Source: Macrostomum lignano (lineage: Eukaryota). Taken from it: DNA of 64,000 bases. Where the stretch lies: NCBI GenBank assembly GCA_002269645.1, contig NIVC01003751.1:14929-78928 (forward strand), read 5' to 3'. Below the pieces are notes generated by a model, which saw nothing but the letters and a program-made list of their open reading frames with translations, had not been told where the DNA came from and did no database searches. Made by a program: the position numbers and the translations under genes. Numbering within the stretch: the stretch's first letter is position 1; every line of letters begins with the position of its first letter. Shown here one piece after another: positions 47,831-63,793 of this stretch.

Positions 47831-50800
47831 CTGGCCTGCTGTCATCAAGACTCCTTGCTTCGCTTAGGGGCCCAACAAAGCAGACCCAGAAGGGCAGTCA
47901 TGAGCTGGGTTCTCAATTGAGTTAAAAAGTTTGCTGACCCCTGCACTAAAAGCACCTAGCTTAGTCACATTAGATAAAAACTATAGTGGAATAGGGTTGA
48001 AAACAATGTGAACTATTGTATGTCCACATACACAATTAAGGTTGATGGCACCTATACAACCAAGCGGTGACAGGGGCAGAGAAAGAAGAAAGGAATAAGG
48101 CTCTTGAGGAAGGGAGCAAGCAATGTGAAAACCCCTATTGCCCACTGGCCATTTTACATTCTTTATTCTTACATTTACATTGACCTCTAGGATGTGGATA
48201 ACAATGGTGCCCTCTTGCTTTAGCTTGTACCCTTAGCTCCTAAGTTTCAACTTCGATGGCAGTGTCACTCCTAGGCAGTGCTTTCTAGCTAACACTCATG
48301 CCATTAAAGATTATAGGACTGAGAAAGTTTATTTATTAGGAGTTAGTCTCCCATTCGATCCCCACTAAGTGGCAAAATGGTAGTCAGCCTGTGATTGCTT
48401 AATCCCCTCCCAGTTAGTATATTGAAAGTTTGCTTGTGTTGCCCCATTGGATACCACTTTTCACTTATTTACGTATGCTTTCTATTATATTCAATCTATG
48501 TTGTGATTCTGTGCTTGCATGGCAATGTTTAAATATTTAAGATTTGAGCTAAAAAATTAGGCTTGTATGGTATGCATTTATTCCCTATAAGTCAATATTA
48601 TCTTAGAAACTAGAAAATTTTCTATAGGTCTGTTCTGTAGGAAGTCCTGCCCCACTGTTTAAGTCTGGGACTGTTAAAATTAGCACATTTCAGTTTGATT
48701 TCTTGTGTTTGTTTGCACCTCGTAGGTCAGTGCAAAATTCTCTCTATTCTCTTTCCTCTATTGTCTCGACCCTCTTTCCTATTATTTATTTCTTGTCTTA
48801 GTCTCGTATACTACATACTGCACAGGTCTTTTCCGTGACTGCATCCTGCACCTGTAAGAATCTCAAAGGGCTGGGAAGGTGGGCTGCAGGGCGGTGCAAG
48901 CAGTGTTGAGAGCAGGGGGTCCTGCAATTTTTCGTGCCTGGGGTAAATTTTCGCGCCTATGAGTATGCCTAGGGGCGTAGTCTATTGAAAACAACAGGTA
49001 AATCCTGGTAGTGTTCAAATTTTAGCCCTTAAAAGTATTTTCAGTGCCTAAGTTCCTGTACTAATTTCTGTAGCGCATTTTACATAAACAAAAATAAATC
49101 CACAGTTGGAAAAATGCAAAAATGATTGCAGGCAAGGACTCCATCATTTAACCCACATCCTAAACATGTGCCTGACTGCATTGTGTAGCACACAGTAGAA
49201 CAGGCGATATATTGTACCGGAAAACAGCACTGACCAAAGCAAAGTAGTTCCCTTGCAAAGCAAAGGACAAGCAGTACTTGAAAATCGTGAGAGAACGAAG
49301 ATTTCCTGTAGGTTGGTACTCATAAAACAGGATTCAACAAGCCCCTAGAAAAAGACAGAGCCTATGCTAAGGGCCTAAGCAAGAATGGTTGTGACAAAGT
49401 AAAGTTTGCAACTGATGAAAGGACAGAAAATACTTGGAGATGCAGTAAAGTAAGTGGGGGAATGCCGAACGGATCAGGGAACAAGGAAGGATGAAGGAAT
49501 GTTAACTGGCTGTGGCTTTAGTGGTGATCTTGGGAACTTTAATAAACCGATCCAACTGTGATTGCACTTTTGATTCCGCAATTGTACACCATTATTTTTG
49601 ACAATACGTAGACACGTGACCTTGATAGAAAAAAGTGCACCAGTTTATTATCCACAATGAAAGTTACAAAATCTTTTACTCTGGTTGTCTACTGTTGAGC
49701 ACTAATACAGCAATGTACAATGTGTAAGCTGTACAAATATTAAGCATGATTTCAGATCAGATTATTCTTAACTATTTACATGTATGCTAAGTAATAGGTG
49801 TTGGTCAACAGGGGTGCACTTTTGACATGTCCACAGCACACGTGAAAAGAAACTGAAGGAACGACAAGTCAATGAGTAAGTAAGTATAGAGAAGTGAACA
49901 TGAATATAGCATAGTTAGGAAAAAAGTAACAAATCAACGGAATCATTGTGCAAACCCACCAAATTCTATAAGCCTTGGATACTAATATTGGAGAATAAAC
50001 CACCCAACAAATTGGAACAATGTTGTGTTGTGCAACTGCAAAGGTAGTGCACTAGCGTGTAGGCCTACTCTGAAGTCTCAACGCAGGAGTCAGTTCAGCA
50101 TTAAAGAGTCAGTCAGTTCTTCCGCTTTTGGATTCTTGGTAGTTTGCTCACATCAACATGTGAGCCTGTAATCGCTAATTCGCACGCCTTCCACTTCAGA
50201 ACCTCTTCAGTAACGTGCACCGCTTCCTTCTCTTTGTGCTTCTGGAGTTGCTCACGTTCCTTGCGTAGTGCTTCGATCTTCTGCTCGTGGCTGTCAGTTG
50301 ATTTCTGCGCGCAGAGAAGCAGTTGGTGCGCTGCTTCCTTCTCCTTCACCTCTTTCTCAGGCTCCTTCACCTTCTCAGCCAGCTTCTCTTCGAGACTTGC
50401 AATGTGCTTGCAAGCCTTCTTCTCGGCCTGAACTTCTGCGACAAGCGATGCCTCCAGCTCCTTCGCACGCTTCTGCTCCTCTGCGGCTGTTTTATCTTTT
50501 AGCCTCTGACGATACGAGGCGTGAGCACTGCTGCACATGTTACTCAACGAGCCAGTGACTTAGAAACGAGGCTGCACTCCATTGCTGCGATACCATGCAG
50601 GAACATGACACGAGTCCAGCATGTCGGCACCTTCAGCGGCAACAGGGTTTGTTTCAGCCTGGTGCAGTCTGGCCTCCACCTCCAAGCTGCCGATCTCCAT
50701 GACAGGAAACAATTTTGGCAGACTGCGTGCCAAATTGCCTACCCATGTCACAAACTTTGGATGCTGTTGCTTCTTTGGGTCCAGAATCTGACAGGCATGG

Positions 50801-50866
50801 AGGAAGCCATTGCCAAAGGGTAGATAGCATTGCAGCTTCTCCGTGCCCATCTTGAAGAAGCTCTTA

Positions 50867-52972
50867 CCCGTGTGGCCATCCGATCAGGTTTTTCGCCCGG
50901 TTTTGCTCTGGCTTGCTATGTTTTTTGCCCCATTTCCAGGCGAAGAACATAAACCAGGCGAATTTATCCGGTTTTTCTCTGCCTTTCTAAACCAGGCGAA
51001 ATTCCGGAGGAAAAACCGTACGAGTGCTCTGGTTTTTTACCCGGTCCTTCGCCAGGTTTGGAACCAGTTTAGTAACGCAGGCAAATCCGGAGTAAAAGCG
51101 GATGAAATAACAATTCCGCCTGGAATTTTGCCCGGTTCTTTCTCTGGTTCTTCGACCGGACAAGAGCCGGAGAAAAGAGCTGATGAAAGCCTTTAATTCA
51201 GGATTGGGTTGAAAATGGTATGGGAGACACAGTGTATAATTGACAATTGACATGAAGATTTTCTTGTAATTGCATGTCCTGTAATGTGCTCCTGTTTTGT
51301 TCTCTTGCAGTATTTTTTCCGCTCATCTTTATATATACCATATGAGCGTCTTCGTATGTTACATTACGAGCGTAGTTCACGTAAACTGAGAATAAAAATA
51401 TGTCATTTTAATGCTGTCATCGCACACATTTCTGAAGGCTGCATGCTGCTGTGGGATTCCAACATACTTTTGGCCAGTCAGAAGTGATTTTAAATTCCCG
51501 CATTTATGCGCCTAGATGACTAGCGACTATGTGCCTACTGACTGTATTCTACAACATCTTTGGAATAAAAAAACAGAGGAGTATATTGATCTTGTAGGTG
51601 ATTTGGAACAGTTTGATGAATTGCAAGATGGAACGTTACATATTTTGTATTAACACTGACAATTGTCTTACTTCTTCACTCTTCACGGTATCCGTTGACA
51701 GAAGCGCACTGTAGATGTTTTACTAAGTCGGCACTACATATTTCCGAGAGTAGACACAATTTGATAGGGATGCAGGGTTTTTCGTCCGGTTTGATCGTCG
51801 TGTCGCTTTCGTTAGGTTTTAGTCTGATTTTGCTCCGGGTATTCGTCCGGTTGGGTCGTCGTGTCGCTTTCGTTAGGTTTTAGTCTGATTTTGCTACGGA
51901 TATTCGTCCGGTTGGGTCGTCGTGTCGCTTTCGTTAGGTTTTAGTCTGATTTTGCTACGGATATTCGTCCGGTTGGGTCGTCGTGTCGCTTTCGTTAGGT
52001 TTTAGTCTGATTTTGCTACGGATATTCGTCCGGTTGGGTCGTCGTGTCGCTTTCGTTAGGTTTTAGTCTGATTTTGCTACGGATATTCGTCCGGTTGGGT
52101 CGTCGTGTCGCTTTCGTTAGGTTTTAGTCTGATTTTGCTACGGATATTCGTCCGGTTGGGTCGTCGTGTCGCTTTCGTTAGGTTTTAGTCTGATTTTGCT
52201 ACGGATATTCGTCCGGTTGGGTCGTCGTGTCGCTTTCGTTAGGTTTTAGTCTGATTTTGCTACGGATATTCGTCCGGTTGGGTCGTCGTGTCGCTTTCGT
52301 TAGGTTTTAGTCTGATTTTGCTACGGATATTCGTCCGGTTGGGTCGTCGTGTCGCTTTCGTTAGGTTTTAGTCTGATTTTGCTCCGGGTATTCGTCCGGT
52401 TGGGTCGTCGTGTCGCTTTCGTTAGGTTTTAGTCTGATTTTGCTACGGATATTCGTCCGGTTGGGTCGTCGTGTCGCTTTCGTTAGGTTTTAGTCTGATT
52501 TTGCTACGGATATTCGTCCGGTTGGGTCGTCGTGTCGCTTTCGTTAGGTTTTAGTCTGATTTTGCTACGGATATTCGTCCGGTTGGGTCGTCGTGTCGCT
52601 TTCGTTAGGTTTTAGTCTGATTTTGCTCCGGGTATTCGTCCGGTTGGGTCGTCGTGTCGCTTTCGTTAGGTTTTAGTCTGATTTTGCCCCGGTTATTTGC
52701 CGGGTTCTGCTATTGCACTTTCATCCGGTCATTTGTCGGGTTTTATTCAGGGTACTCATCAGTTTGAGTAGCCGAAGAGAAACCCGAGAAAATACCTGAT
52801 GTCCTCTACGAAATTCCTGACGAACAACCAGACGAAACTGCCGTCTTCGTCCGTTTTCGAGACCATTTTCCCGAGGATTTTCGGGTTTTTAGATAGGAAA
52901 AAATGTATTACAAACCGGGCAAAAATCCCGATCGCCTACCGGGCGAAAAACCTGATCAAATGGCCACACGGG
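50867..52972. mobile_element. Non-autonomous DNA transposon, 2106 bp, CCC...GGG ends, TA TSD (CMC/EnSpm-like)
   Basis: ~35-bp TIRs CCCGTGTGGCCAT..GATCAGGTTTTTCGCCCGGT; TA at 50865-50866 and 52973-52974; removal restores the hAT frame (...LASIKSFFKMGTEK...); multiple subterminal CCGG/CCAGGCGAA motifs. Confidence 0.92.
51783..52690. repeat. 61-bp satellite inside the nested transposon, about 15 copies
   Basis: Period 61 (51844 to 51905), nearly identical units. Confidence 0.97.
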
Positions 52973-54856
52973 TAATGGACGCCAGGCTGCTCTGCTGGTC
53001 GGCTGCTGACAAGTTGGAGAAAAGTCGCTTGGCCAGCTCTCCAATGCCAATGTTGTACGGCGAGAGCCACACAGCTGGGTCTTCCATGTCTACCTTCCAA
53101 AACTTCTCCGGCAGGTCTTCTGGCCTGGTGAAGCGAAGTAGCTAGCACTTCATCAGCTCCAGTAGCTGGCTGTGGAGCAGGTGAATCTGAGGCTGCTCGC
53201 ATTGGAAGAGGAGCTCAAAGTCCTGCAGCGGCTTCAGGACCTCAGCCAGGAAAGTAAGGAAGAACTTCGTCTTCGGGTCTCGCAAAGATGCCTGAATGCT
53301 CGCAACTTTCGAGCCCGAATGCTTCGCATTGCCAGAGAAGAACCTCACCAATGGCTCATACAGTTGCAGAATGCGCTCCACGACAGGCAGTACCTGCAGC
53401 CAGCGAGTGGCGATCGGTCGCAGGAAGACCATCTTCTTGATCTCGGTGAATTCAGACACCAAGGAGTCGAAATTGTCCTACTCAGCAAAGGAGAACTTGA
53501 AGTGGCAGTAGATGTCCTTGACGAGCGCTTCACAGGCAATGCCAAGATCAGCCCCAGCAGATGCGTGCTTTGCAACGTTTGCAACGTGGTATAGGGAGCA
53601 GCCACCGAGATCAATAAGGCTCGAAAAGCCCTCGTTCTTCAGTCGCACCACGGTGCCGCTCTTTGCTCCCCGCATGGCATTGCAGCTGTTGCTCATCACA
53701 GCGAGGCAGTGGATTTTCTCCAAGCATAAGTCCTTCACCAAGTCAGAGACAGTGGTAGCCATCTGCTCAGCCGTGGTGGATTCCAAGTGTGGCAAGTCGA
53801 TGCAAACAACTTTCACGTCAAAGGAGTCCTTCGGCAGGTACCAGGAAACCATCCCGAGATACTTCAACCCCTTGTTAGCCTCATCTATCTGCAACGAAAA
53901 CCAGCAAGCATCACGCATTTCCTTCAGCACTGTCTCACGGAGGTATGGAAACAGCGCATCGGTTAGCAGGTATTTGATCTTCTTGGCCGACAGCTGCATT
54001 TGCTGCGCAACCTTTGAATTGCTGCAAATTGCGCGCAGGTCCTCTACAAAGTCATCCTCAGATTGAAAGCTATGGGCCTTTAAGACCAGCCTAGCGACGC
54101 AGCGAACCTCGGCGGCTCTCACGGAATTGATTGCACCTGGGCCTACAGCTCCAGAAGCAGCTTCCAAAGCTGGCCCAGTTGCATCCAGTTGCAAAGCCTG
54201 TAGATAGAGTTATCATACTAGATGGCAACTATAAAAATGTTAGTATATGCCTAGCCTAACTAAAGCAAAGACTTTAAAAGAACACAAAAGGACTAGTTGA
54301 TTAAATAACAGTTTATGTATTGATTGCTTATAGGCTTTTTAGATTATCTATTCAACTGTTATATCAAAGTTAGAAAATAGATGATTAAATTTCAAAAATA
54401 TATACCATAAACAAACCCTCAAACAACTTATTATGGATGATAATGTTATTGAAATAATAAGACAAGATCTTACTACAGCTCTACTTGGAAAATCAAATGG
54501 GTATCAACTAATGTATGATAAAAGTGTAAGATCATCTAATTTTTAGATTTCTTTTTATCAGTTATTTATAGAATTGCAATTATAGTTAAAATGTTTTCAA
54601 GCTCTAAAATTAAATCATGAATAGTCTCTTGCCTTAATTGCTTAAAAGCATGCTTATTGTATTGTATTTTTCACAAGAGACATATCAGTGACTACTAGTA
54701 TCATAGTGTGAGCTTATTATACAAATCACATTTTAAATGTTATTAAATATATATTGTATGGCTTACATACCTCTATGACTGAGAATCTGTTTGCACTTTA
54801 ATCCTCCTGCTTATTTATGAGCCTGTACTTTTGTCCATTCAGCAGTAAGCTTGGAC

Positions 54857-55092
54857 ATGGAGCAGCAGCAGCTGCAGCAGCAGTACCAGGACTGCTCCTA
54901 CAGCAGTGTCACAGCCAAGTATAAGCTTCACGCTCGCTCGGAGCCCGAACTGCTCGATCGGATTGTGCGCGACCTTGAAAATCAGAAGGAGAATCTCAAA
55001 GAAGAAATGCTGCGCCTGCGCAAGCTGAAGGTTGGGGCAGAGAATCTGCGCAACGCCATGGAGAAAAGGCGCGCGGCAAAAGAAGTTAACAG
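54857..55092 (+). CDS. PKN: Protein kinase N exon 1 (HR1a)
   Basis: LENQKENLKEEMLRLRKLKVGAENLR; phase-2 gtagg donor. Confidence 0.85.
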
Positions 55093-55550
55093 GTAGGCTT
55101 AGGGATTCTGTGTCTAGTTTTATAGTTCAGGACTTCCTCTTACAGATTTTTATGCTACGCAAATTTACACAGTCCAGTGTCTTTCAGAAGCTCGATAAAG
55201 TCGCCAGCATTCAAAATCCGTTGAGTTATAAATGATCAAAAACTGATCTTTGGGAAGATCCAACTTTTCACAAGAGTAGTGTTTCACACTGTTTCGATTC
55301 CGTACGCAGCCATATTTATTTGGGAGCTTGTGTAAAATGTTTATGAAGGCATGAGGACCAGGCCCTAAGTCACAGAGAGTGTACATGCCTTATGATTAGA
55401 CAGTCAGGGCCGCTGTACACCCTCTGTAAGCGAGTGTAGGAGTGCTGTGCCTGAGTACAGTATTGGCGAGCTTGTGTGTGCTCAGGAGTCAGCGGAATGG
55501 GCAGAATTGCCAGGCTGGCCACCACATCCTGCGAACATATTAATTTACAG

Positions 55551-56130
55551 GGAGATTGACACCTACGAGCGCCTGCTGGAGGAGGTGCAGAATAAGCTGG
55601 CGGTGAACGGTGCCGAGCTGCTGGTGCTGCAGCACATGCGCGGCTGCTCCCAGCTGCCCCAAGCAGCCGCCGCCGGGCCAGCGGCCTCGCCAAAATCCTC
55701 GAGTAGCCAGTCGGCAACTGACGGAGTTGGCATCGAGGCTCACGTGGCTGAACTGCAGAAACAGCTGGCCATTGAGATGAAGGTTAAGAGTGGCGCCGAG
55801 CGGCTGCTGGAGAGTCTGGCCGCTGCTGCCGCATCAACTGGCGGTGCGGTCGCTAATTCGGCCGCCGCCTCCTCGCCTGACCTGGTTATGCAGGTCCGGC
55901 TGGAGCTGGCGCAGAGCAGGGATAAGATTGCTTTCCTTAAGAACTGTCTGCTCAGGGCTTCTCAACAGCAGCAACAGCAACAGCAAGCAACAGACCAGCT
56001 GGCCGCTTCAGCTACAGCCACCGAGGAGCCGCTCTCAGTCGAACAGCAGCGAGTTGAAGAACTCAAGCACCGGATTACTGTCGAATGGCGTCTATGCGAC
56101 GGTGCTCAAAAAGTTGCCAAAGCTTTGCAG
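55551..56130 (+). CDS. PKN: PKN exon 2 (HR1a end, HR1b, HR1c start)
   Basis: LQKQLAIEMKVKSGAE, RVEELKHRITVEWRLCDGA; canonical splice sites. Confidence 0.9.
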
Positions 56131-56424
56131 GTAAGGTGTCAGGGTCGTTTTATTGCTTGTACTTTTGTGATAAGGCATGAGGTTTGAGTGCAGATGCAAG
56201 TGTACAAATCTGCATTTTCTAATTTTTCGACCAAATGCGCAAATTGTCTCGTAAATAGCCAATTTTTTAATAGCAAGGATATAAAGTGTAGAAATTCACT
56301 TTTGAGTTTTCCAATAATTATTCAACTAATTTCTTTTGTTGCACTTAAAATCCCAAAAGTGGTCATGGGCGCAATCTATTAACATTAGTAGCTGAAATTC
56401 TCATTGTATTATGTATTAGTCAAT

Positions 56425-57800
56425 GTGTCGATAGTCAGGCTATCGATAGTCAGTCTGTCGATAGTCAGTCTGTCGGCAGTCAGTCTGTCGGCAGTCAGTT
56501 TGTCGTAGTCAGTCTGTCGATAGTCAGGCTGTCGATAGTCAGTTTGTCGTAGTCAGTCTGTCGATAGTCAGTCTGTCGATAGTCAGTCAGTCGATAGTCA
56601 GTTTGTCGATAGTCAGTTTGTCGATAGTCAGTCTGTCGATAGTCAGTCTGTCGATAGTCAGTCTGTCGGCAGTCAGTCTGTCGATTGTCAGTTTGTTGTA
56701 GTCAGTCTGTCGATAGTCAGTTTGTCGATAGTCAGTCTGTCGATAGTCAGGCTGTCGATAGTCAGTTTGTCGATAGTCAGTCTGTCGGCAGTCAGTCTGT
56801 CGATTGTCAGTTTGTCGTAGTCAGTCTGTCGATAGTCAGTCTGTCGATAGTCAGTCTGTCGGCAGTCAGTCTGTCGATTGTCAGTTTGTCGTAGTCAGTC
56901 TGTCGATAGTCAGTCTGTCGGCAGTCAGTCTGTCGATAGTCAGTCTGTCGATAGTCAGGCTGTCGATAGTCAGTTTGTCGATAGTCAGTCTGTCGGCAGT
57001 CAGTCTGTCGATTGTCAGTTTGTCGTAGTCAGTCTGTCGATAGTCAGTCTGTCGATAGTCAGTCTGTCGATAGTCAGGCTGTCGATAGTCAGTTTGTCGA
57101 TAGTCAGTCTGTCGGCAGTCAGTCTGTCGATTGTCAGTTTGTCGTAGTCAGTCTGTCGATAGTCAGACTGTCGATAGTCAGTTTGTCGATAGTCAGTTTG
57201 TCGATAGTCAGTCTGTCGATAGTCAGGCTGTCGATAGTCAGGCTGTCGATAGTCAGTTTGTCGTAGTCAGTTTGTCGATAGTCAGTCTGTCGGCAGTCAG
57301 TCTGTCGATAGTCAGTTTGTCGTAGTCAGTTTGTCGATAGTCAGGCTGTCGATAGTCAGTTTGTCGATAGTCAGTCTGTCGATAGTCAGTCTGTCGGCAG
57401 TCAGTTTGTCGTAGTCAGTCTGTCGATAGTCAGGCTGTCGATAGTCAGTTTGTCGTAGTCAGTCTGTCGATAGTCAGGCTGTCGATAGTCAGTTTGTCGT
57501 AGTCAGTCTGTCGATAGTCAGGCTGTCGATAGTCAGTTTGTCGTAGTCAGTCTGTCGATAGTCAGGCTGTCGATAGTCAGTTTGTCGTAGTCAGTCTGTC
57601 GATAGTCAGGCTGTCGATAGTCAGTTTGTCGTAGTCAGTCTGTCGATAGTCAGGCTGTCGATAGTCAGTTTGTCGTAGTCAGTCTGTCGATAGTCAGGCT
57701 GTCGATATTCAGTTTTTCGTAGTCAGGCTGTCGATAGTCAGTTTGTCGATAGTCAGTTTGTCGATAGTCAGTCTGTCGATAGTCAGGCTGTCGGCAGTCA
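56425..57800. repeat. 14/15-bp intronic minisatellite (GTCGATAGTCAGTCT)
   Basis: Direct periodicity with variant units. Confidence 0.95.
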
Positions 57801-57850
57801 AATGTAGACCCAGTATGTTCTCTTAGCCCCGCCGCTATTCCCCCATACAG

Positions 57851-58241
57851 GGCCAGGGCAAGGGTCCGCCGCCCAGCCTGCAGCAGAGTCTGGCCGAGTC
57901 CCAAGCCAAACTGGCCCTATTTAAGTTCTCGCTTGGCCGGCTGCTCGGACAGCTGGCCGAAAACCAGCGGCACAGCGAATCGGCCAGGCTAGATTTACAA
58001 CTGTTGCTCACGGCCGATTTTGCCGCCTACCGGCCGTCTGTGAAAGCGGCCGCTCCGGTCACTGGCCGCCTGGACCTGCGCCTGCTGGGCTGCCGAGACC
58101 TGCCCGAGGGTGGAGTGGCCGCGTTCAATGCGGCCCATCTGGCCGCCGCATCCAAGGCTGCTGGCGCTGAGAATTCGGCGCCTACTCGCAGCAGCAGCAT
58201 GCGATTTTTGCACGACGAGGAACAGCTGTCAGCTTTGGCAA
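57851..58241 (+). CDS. PKN: PKN exon 3 (HR1c end, start of C2-like domain)
   Basis: LAESQAKLALFKFSL, VTGRLDLRLLGCRDL; gtaag donor in phase 1. Confidence 0.85.
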
Positions 58242-58304
58242 GTAAGCGCTGGTTATTGCTTAGCGCTGTGAGGTATAGTGGCTGCTTTCCGAATTGCTTC
58301 ATCA

Positions 58305-59085
58305 TCAGTGACCTTATGAGCTGCCATCTCAGATTCCCCATGCAATCAGTGACCCTCTGAGCTGCCATCTCAGATTCCCAGAGCAATCAGTGACCCTATG
58401 AGATTCCATCTCAGATTACCCATTCAATCAGTGACCCTTTGAGCTGCCATCTCAGATTACCCATGCAATCAGTGACCCTATGAGCTGCCATCTCAGATTC
58501 CCAGAGCAATCAGTGACCCTATGAGCTGCCATCTCAGATTACCCATTCAATCAGTGACCCTTTGAGCTGCCATCTCAGATTACCCATGCAATCAGTGACC
58601 CTATGAGCTGCCATCTCAGATTCCCAGAGCAATCAGTGACCCTATGAGCTGCCATCTCAGATTCCCAGAGCAATCAGTGACCCTTTGAGCTGCCATCTCA
58701 GATTCCCAGAGCAATCAGTGACCCTATGAGCTGCCATCTCAGATTCCCAGAGCAATCAGTGACCCTTTGAGCTGCCATCTCAGATTCCCAGAGCAATCAG
58801 TGACCCTATGAGCTGCCATCTCAGATTCCCAGAGCAATCAGTGACCCTTTGAGCTGCTATCTCAGATTCCCAAAGCAATCAGTGACCCTATGAGCTGCCA
58901 TCTCAGATTCCCAGAGCAATCAGTGACCCTATGAGCTGCCATCTCAGATTCCCAGAGCAATCGGTGACCCTTTGAGCTGCCATCTCAGATTCCCAGAGCA
59001 GTCAGTGACCCTATGAGCTGCCATCTCAGATTCCCAGAGCAATCAGTGACCCTATGAGCTGCCATCTCAGATTCCCAGAGCAATC
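58305..59085. repeat. 41-bp intronic minisatellite, about 19 copies
   Basis: GAGCTGCCATCTCAGATTCCCAGAGCAATCAGTGACCCTAT, period 41. Confidence 0.95.
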
Positions 59086-59416
59086 AGATTCTGTCTTCAC
59101 TTGCTCATCCATTCAATCTGTACCAGATAACCCCAGCTGTGCTCAGCTAGAAGCAAGCTTAGCGTCTTATGCGGCTCAAGGCGTAGATTCTCTGACGGGT
59201 TTAATGGTAACAAGCGTATGTGCCGCTTTTTTTAATCCTAGTTTACTGCTTTGTGACCACAGGAATCATGTTTTAATTTTAATTTGTGTTTAGGCGAATT
59301 TTTAGTTTGTTTTATCTGTGCATTTGAATTGTTATAAACTTTTATCGCATAATTACAAATATTTTTCATTCAATAAAATAATTATGCTGCTTGTCCTGCC
59401 CTATTTAATTGATCAG

Positions 59417-59928
59417 AGGAAGTCCGCTGCATTCTGCGCGTTGACAGCACTAAACATCAGTGGGAATCTGAGTGGCGCGCCGTATCTAGCGAATGCTGGG
59501 CAGGCAGCTCAACTGGCAGCGTGTCGGTGCCGCTGAACGCTGCCAGAGAGCTGGAGATCCAGGTGCACTGGCGTGACTCGCGCGGCCTAGCAGCTGTGCG
59601 CTATCTCAAGCTGGAGGACTACCTGGACTGCGAAAAGCATTCGCTTCCAATTCAGCTGGAGCCGGAGGGCCAACTGCTTGCGGAGATTGTGTTTAACAAT
59701 CCGCAGGTCTATCGTCAGCGACAGCCGCTACAGAGGCAGCGTCAGTGCCTTGTAAGCCGGCGAAAAGGCAAACGGTTGGCCGCCCAGATGCCAAAAAATG
59801 TCAACTGGATGACCTGGTGGCCGTTTTTAAAGCGCTTGAGTGGCAGCGGCGGCCGGGACTCGAGTGGTGCGCTGCCTCCGGCGCCGCCGCCTCGCAAAGC
59901 TAGCAAAGGATTTCTGGCGCCGCCACTG
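59417..59928 (+). CDS. PKN: PKN exon 4 (C2-like domain)
   Basis: RELEIQVHWRD, LKLEDYLD, LEPEGQLLAEIVFNNP, LQRQ. Confidence 0.9.
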
Positions 59929-60128
59929 GTGAGTTCTCCCTTTTTCTTTATGATAATACGCAGGAGGCTTGCGGGAATCCTGGCGAAGCGCTAAGGCAAT
60001 CCTGCCCTTTCCACTGACCACACCGTAATGCATCACCGTAAGGCACCGTAAGACATCGTAAGGCATGTGCACTCTCTGTTCCTTGGGGGCTGGCCGTCAT
60101 AGGTGTGAATGGCACGACAATCCATTTG

Positions 60129-63130
<3,002 letters not shown>

Positions 63131-63250
63131 TAAAAGCCATTAAGCCATGCTAGATCTAAATCGCCAATCGCTACTTCCAGTAGCTGTGTAGCATTTTTCA
63201 TCGCTTTCAATTGGAGCATAACGAAACTCTGCATATCTCAATTTTTGCAG

Positions 63251-63322
63251 GCATTCTTTCGCCGATTGGCCTGGGATGACTTGCTGGCGTGCCGCCTATC
63301 TGCGCCCTACGTGCCAAGCATT
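63251..63322 (+). CDS. PKN: PKN exon 7
   Basis: AFFRRLAWDDLLACRLSAPYVPSI; canonical sites, phase 0. Confidence 0.88.
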
Positions 63323-63339
63323 GTGAGTCCTTTTTGTAT

Positions 63340-63555
63340 GACCCTCAGTATTGCTGATGATCCCCTGTGCATTGGTGATGATCCCCTGTGCATTGCTGAT
63401 GATCCCCTGTGCATTGGTGATGATCCCCTGTGCATTGCTGATGATCCCCTGTGCATTGGTGATGACCCCAGTGCATTGGTGATGACCCCAGAGCATTGGT
63501 GATGACCCAGTGCATTGGTGATGATCCCCAGTGCATTGGTGATGACCCAGAGCAA
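63340..63555. repeat. 21-bp intronic minisatellite (TGATGATCCCCTGTGCATTGS)
   Basis: Direct periodicity, degenerating to shorter units. Confidence 0.85.
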
Positions 63556-63586
63556 ACTGACCCCAATATATCCGCTTGTTCCTCAG

Positions 63587-63793
63587 CGCAACAGCGAAGA
63601 CGTCAGCAACTTTGACGCGGAGTTCACTGACGAGCGGCCGGTGCTGACGCCCGCCAAGCAGCGACCACCGCTCAGCCACGGGATGAGGGCCTGGGCTCAG
63701 CTTAAATATATATTTAATAAAGTCTGCTTATCGCCATTGGTGCTGACTCAATTGCAAAGCTTATGCTTGTGTCTGCACTTTTTGTTTATTTAA
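63587..63793 (+). CDS. PKN: PKN exon 8 (AGC C-terminal tail; 3' end uncertain)
   Basis: DVSNFDAEFT...VLTP turn motif; all 8 exons splice in frame to about 986 aa. Confidence 0.75.
   Translation, partial: RNSEDVSNFDAEFTDERPVLTPAKQRPPLSHGMRAWAQLKYIFNKVCLSPLVLTQLQSLCLCLHFLFI

Larger units (their letters stand above)
50113..54197 (-). pseudogene. Inactivated hAT-family transposase, interrupted by a nested element
   Basis: FSLQIDE, SNSCNAM, CSLYH, TRWL, YLPF...LDP motifs; in-frame TAG stops at 53478 and 53142; cag acceptor at 54198-54200; coiled-coil C-terminus at 50113-50547. Confidence 0.88.
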
